Assembly: GCA_963755715.1 (NCBI GenBank)
Contig: CAVWLW010000056.1
Coordinates: 1-64,000 of the forward strand
Length of the DNA stretch: 64,000 nucleotides
DNA from: an uncultured delta proteobacterium
Lineage (GTDB): Bacteria > Desulfobacterota > Binatia > UBA9968
Direction of reading: 5' to 3'
A model generated the notes under the pieces. The model made no database searches. It saw only the letters and a program-made list of their open reading frames with translations, and was not told the DNA's origin. Shown piece after piece: positions 61,377 to 64,000 of the stretch. Position 1 is the first letter of the stretch. Each line of letters begins with the position of its first letter. The translations under genes were made by a program, and so were the position numbers.

Positions 61377-61649
61377 GATTATTGCGACGGCTATTTGAAT
61401 ACGGGTAGCATGAAACGCGCGGTGCGTCGACGCGACACCTGCGAGCGCTTGGCGCGCAGCTCCGAGCGCTCACAAATATTTTCACAAAGCACAACACTGA
61501 TCGTTGACAGGACGCCCGCTCTTCGCATAGCCTCCGGCATCTCGCAACGATGAAACCTTGGACTTGGCTATTGCTATCCAGCTCACGCTTCACAACTCTA
61601 TTGCTGCGTCAACGCGAACGATTGAAAGCAGCGGAAGGAGCTGACGAAA

Positions 61650-62703
61650 ATGCCTGAGCGCTCAAGACAATTGTGTATTTGCGTCGTCATGTGTCTGATC
61701 ACGGCTTGGCTCGCGCCTCTCGCCTGGAGCCAGAACGAGCCTTTTTACCAAGGCAAAACGCTTAGATTCGTGGTCGGCTCGGCGCCGGCTAATTTCTACG
61801 ACTCTTGGGCGCGGTTGATCGCGCGTTATTGGGGCAAGCATATTCCGGGGAATCCCAATGTGATCGTGCAAAATATGCCCGGCGCGGGTTCCATTACGGC
61901 GGTCAATTATGTTTACGGCGTCGCCAAGGCAGACGGCTTGACGGTGGTTCTGCCGAACAACAGCATCTACATCGAACAACTGATCGGACGCCGGGAGGCG
62001 CAGTTCGACCTGCGCAAGTATCACTGGCTCGGTTCGGCGGCTCAGGAATCGATCATGTTCTACATGCGCGCGGATACGCCGTACAAAAACATCGGCGAAA
62101 TCATCAGGGCTAAACAACCGCCCAGTTGCGGCGGCTCGGGAACCACCAGCTCGGATTACATCGTGGCGAAGATTCTGGAGCTGGCGGTGGGCGCGAAGAT
62201 CAACTCGGTTTCGGGTTATCAAGGCGGCAGCGACGCTGATCTGGCGGTGGAAAAGGGCGAGATCGTCTGCCGCGCGCATACGCTCGCGTCCCATTTCGGC
62301 CGCGAGCCGTTCAATTCCTGGCACAAGAAGGGATTTGACCTTCACCTGCTTCAATCCGGACGCAAGCGCGATCCGCGCGCGCCGGAGGCGCCGACTCTGT
62401 ATGAGGTATTGGAGGAATTTAAAGTTCCTGACGGCAAAGCGGCGCGTCGCCCAGGCGCTGTTGTCCGGCGGTGAATTCGGCCGTCCGGTGTTGGTGACGC
62501 CGGGAACGCCGCGGGATAGAATTAAAATTCTCCGCGATAGCTTTCGCAACGTCATGAAAGACGCAGACCTCTTGGCAGAGGCGAAGAAGAGCCGGATGGA
62601 TGTGGAGTACACCGCGGGCGAAGAGTTGGAGGCATTGCTCAAAGAAGTCTTGACCCAGCCTCCCGAGGTAATCGAACAAGCGCGAAAAATCTTAGGCAAT
62701 TAA
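61650..62703 (+). CDS. Tripartite tricarboxylate transporter substrate-binding protein (TctC/Bug-like), frameshifted at ~62437
   Basis: FYQGKTLRFVVG, HIPGNPNVIVQNMPGAG, KADGLT, GYQG..A.EKGE; next frame FGRP..TPGTP, D..LLAEAKK. Confidence 0.87.
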
Positions 62704-62715
62704 CCGGAGGAAAAC

Positions 62716-64000
62716 ATGGACGTCACCGCAAAGCTGGCCGGGTTCGTGACCGATCTTAACTACGAAGCCATACCGCGCAAGGCCGTGGACGCCGCAAAAA
62801 TCGCCGTGCGCGATGGTCTCGGCGTGGCGCTCGCCGGCAGCAGAGAAGAGGACGCGAGGATCGCGGCCGAAATCGCGCGCCAGGAAGGCGCCCGGGAGGA
62901 GACGAGCGTCATCGGTCAAGGCTTCAAAACCTCCGCGTTGAATGGCGCGCTCGCCAACGGCACCGCGGCGCACGCCCTCGACTTCGATCACAGCTTTACA
63001 ATGATGGGTCAACCGACCGCGCCGATCGTTCCGGCGACCTTTGCCCTGGGAGAAACGCTCGGCGCGAGCGGCCGTCGGATGATCGAAGCCTACGTCGCCG
63101 GTTTTGAAGTCACGGCGAAACTGGTTCACTCGTTGCGCGACAGCGGCCACGACGGCTGGCATGCGCCGAGCACGTTGGGTTCCTTTGGCGCCTCCGCGGC
63201 GTGCGGCAAACTGCTCGGTCTCGATGCTGCGCAAATGCAAATGGCGTTAGGTATCACGGCGTCGATGGCGAGCGGCATCGTCGCCAACTTCGGCACCATG
63301 ACCAAACCTTTGCACGTCGGTCTGGGCGCGCGAAACGGCGTCCTGGCGGCCAAACTCGCGCGCGGCGGTTACACGGCGAACGCGAAAGCGATCGAAGGCG
63401 GCTTTGGATTTTACCAAGTGTTGCATCAAGACGCGCCGATTAACGAGCCAGCGATCGAAGAGCTAGGCCGCTCCTATGCGCTTGTGACCGATGGCTTACG
63501 CATCAAGCCCTATCCTTGCGGCGGGCTCACCCATCAAGTGATCGATTCGGTGCTCGAGTTCAGAGCCCAACACGGCTTGACTGCGGAGATGATCGAGCGG
63601 ATCGACGTCGACGTGGTCAAGCATACTTTCGACAGGATCGTTTTCCGCGTGCCGCAAACCGGCATCCAGGGCAAGTTCTGCATGCCTTATCTGGTGGCGC
63701 GGGCGATCATCGACGGCAAGATCGGCCTGCATATTTTCACCGACGGCGCGGTGCGCGATCAAAATGTGCTAAAGCTCGCCGAGCGAGTGCAGATGAATCT
63801 GGATCCCAATCTGAAAAAGACCGACGCCGCAGGTCGTCCCTGCCGCGTCACGATTCGCTTGAAAAACGGGCAAACCTTCGTTCGCGAAGCGCAGCACGCC
63901 AAGGGCGGCCCCGAACACCCCATGACCGAAGACGAGCTCCGAGGAAAATTTACCGAATGCGCGCGGGAAGCGCTCGACGCGAGCAGCGCCGCGCGGGCTT
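62716..64000 (+). CDS. MmgE/PrpD family protein, 3' truncated by window (absent from ORF track)
   Basis: GGAGG RBS; MDVTAKLAGFV, NGTAAHALDFD, GWHAPSTLG, GTMTKPLHVG, KPYPCG..TH, GKFCMPY, KGGPEHP. Confidence 0.9.
   Translation, partial: MDVTAKLAGFVTDLNYEAIPRKAVDAAKIAVRDGLGVALAGSREEDARIAAEIARQEGAREETSVIGQGFKTSALNGALANGTAAHALDFDHSFTMMGQPTAPIVPATFALGETLGASGRRMIEAYVAGFEVTAKLVHSLRDSGHDGWHAPSTLGSFGASAACGKLLGLDAAQMQMALGITASMASGIVANFGTMTKPLHVGLGARNGVLAAKLARGGYTANAKAIEGGFGFYQVLHQDAPINEPAIEELGRSYALVTDGLRIKPYPCGGLTHQVIDSVLEFRAQHGLTAEMIERIDVDVVKHTFDRIVFRVPQTGIQGKFCMPYLVARAIIDGKIGLHIFTDGAVRDQNVLKLAERVQMNLDPNLKKTDAAGRPCRVTIRLKNGQTFVREAQHAKGGPEHPMTEDELRGKFTECAREALDASSAARA

Noticed and set aside
60205-61593. 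462-aa minus-strand ORF overlapping murJ
   Set aside because: Alternative frame of murJ with Arg-rich, non-protein-like composition
1-64000. CRISPR arrays, tRNA, rRNA, integrase or prophage genes
   Set aside because: No regularly spaced direct repeats, cloverleaf or T-loop signatures, or phage/integrase ORFs found by eye

Overview
This is a gene-dense, GC-rich bacterial window. It carries many orphan substrate-binding proteins, five Amidohydro_2-type enzymes, two LLM oxidoreductases, TctC and MmgE/PrpD. That mix resembles Candidatus Binatia/Deltaproteobacteria-like soil MAGs (inference only). At least a dozen genes have single-base frameshifts, which points to long-read consensus errors rather than real pseudogenes. 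No rRNA, tRNA or CRISPR array was seen. Highlights: (1) a two-gene patatin + (deoxyribohydrolase-like/TPR/SLOG) cassette that looks like a nucleotide-signalling anti-phage system; (2) a translationally coupled operon of a His-rich LVIVD beta-propeller, rhodanese, CopC and a CopD-cytochrome c-redoxin fusion, possibly a new copper-dependent periplasmic redox/sulfur system; (3) two selenoproteins hidden by in-frame UGA codons (GrdB-like U-x-x-S-x-x-S and AhpD-like C-x-x-U), each followed by a 7-bp hairpin with a GGC loop, with the Grd pair lacking the canonical cysteines; (4) a small accessory island (TA pair, duplicated SBP 3' end, two hypotheticals) ending in an attC-like site; (5) a RAYT transposase with its GTAG REPs; (6) three sigma54-type promoters in front of secreted-protein genes; (7) a deoxyhypusine-synthase-like protein with an internal duplication and a CyaC-like heme/2Fe-2S adenylate cyclase.
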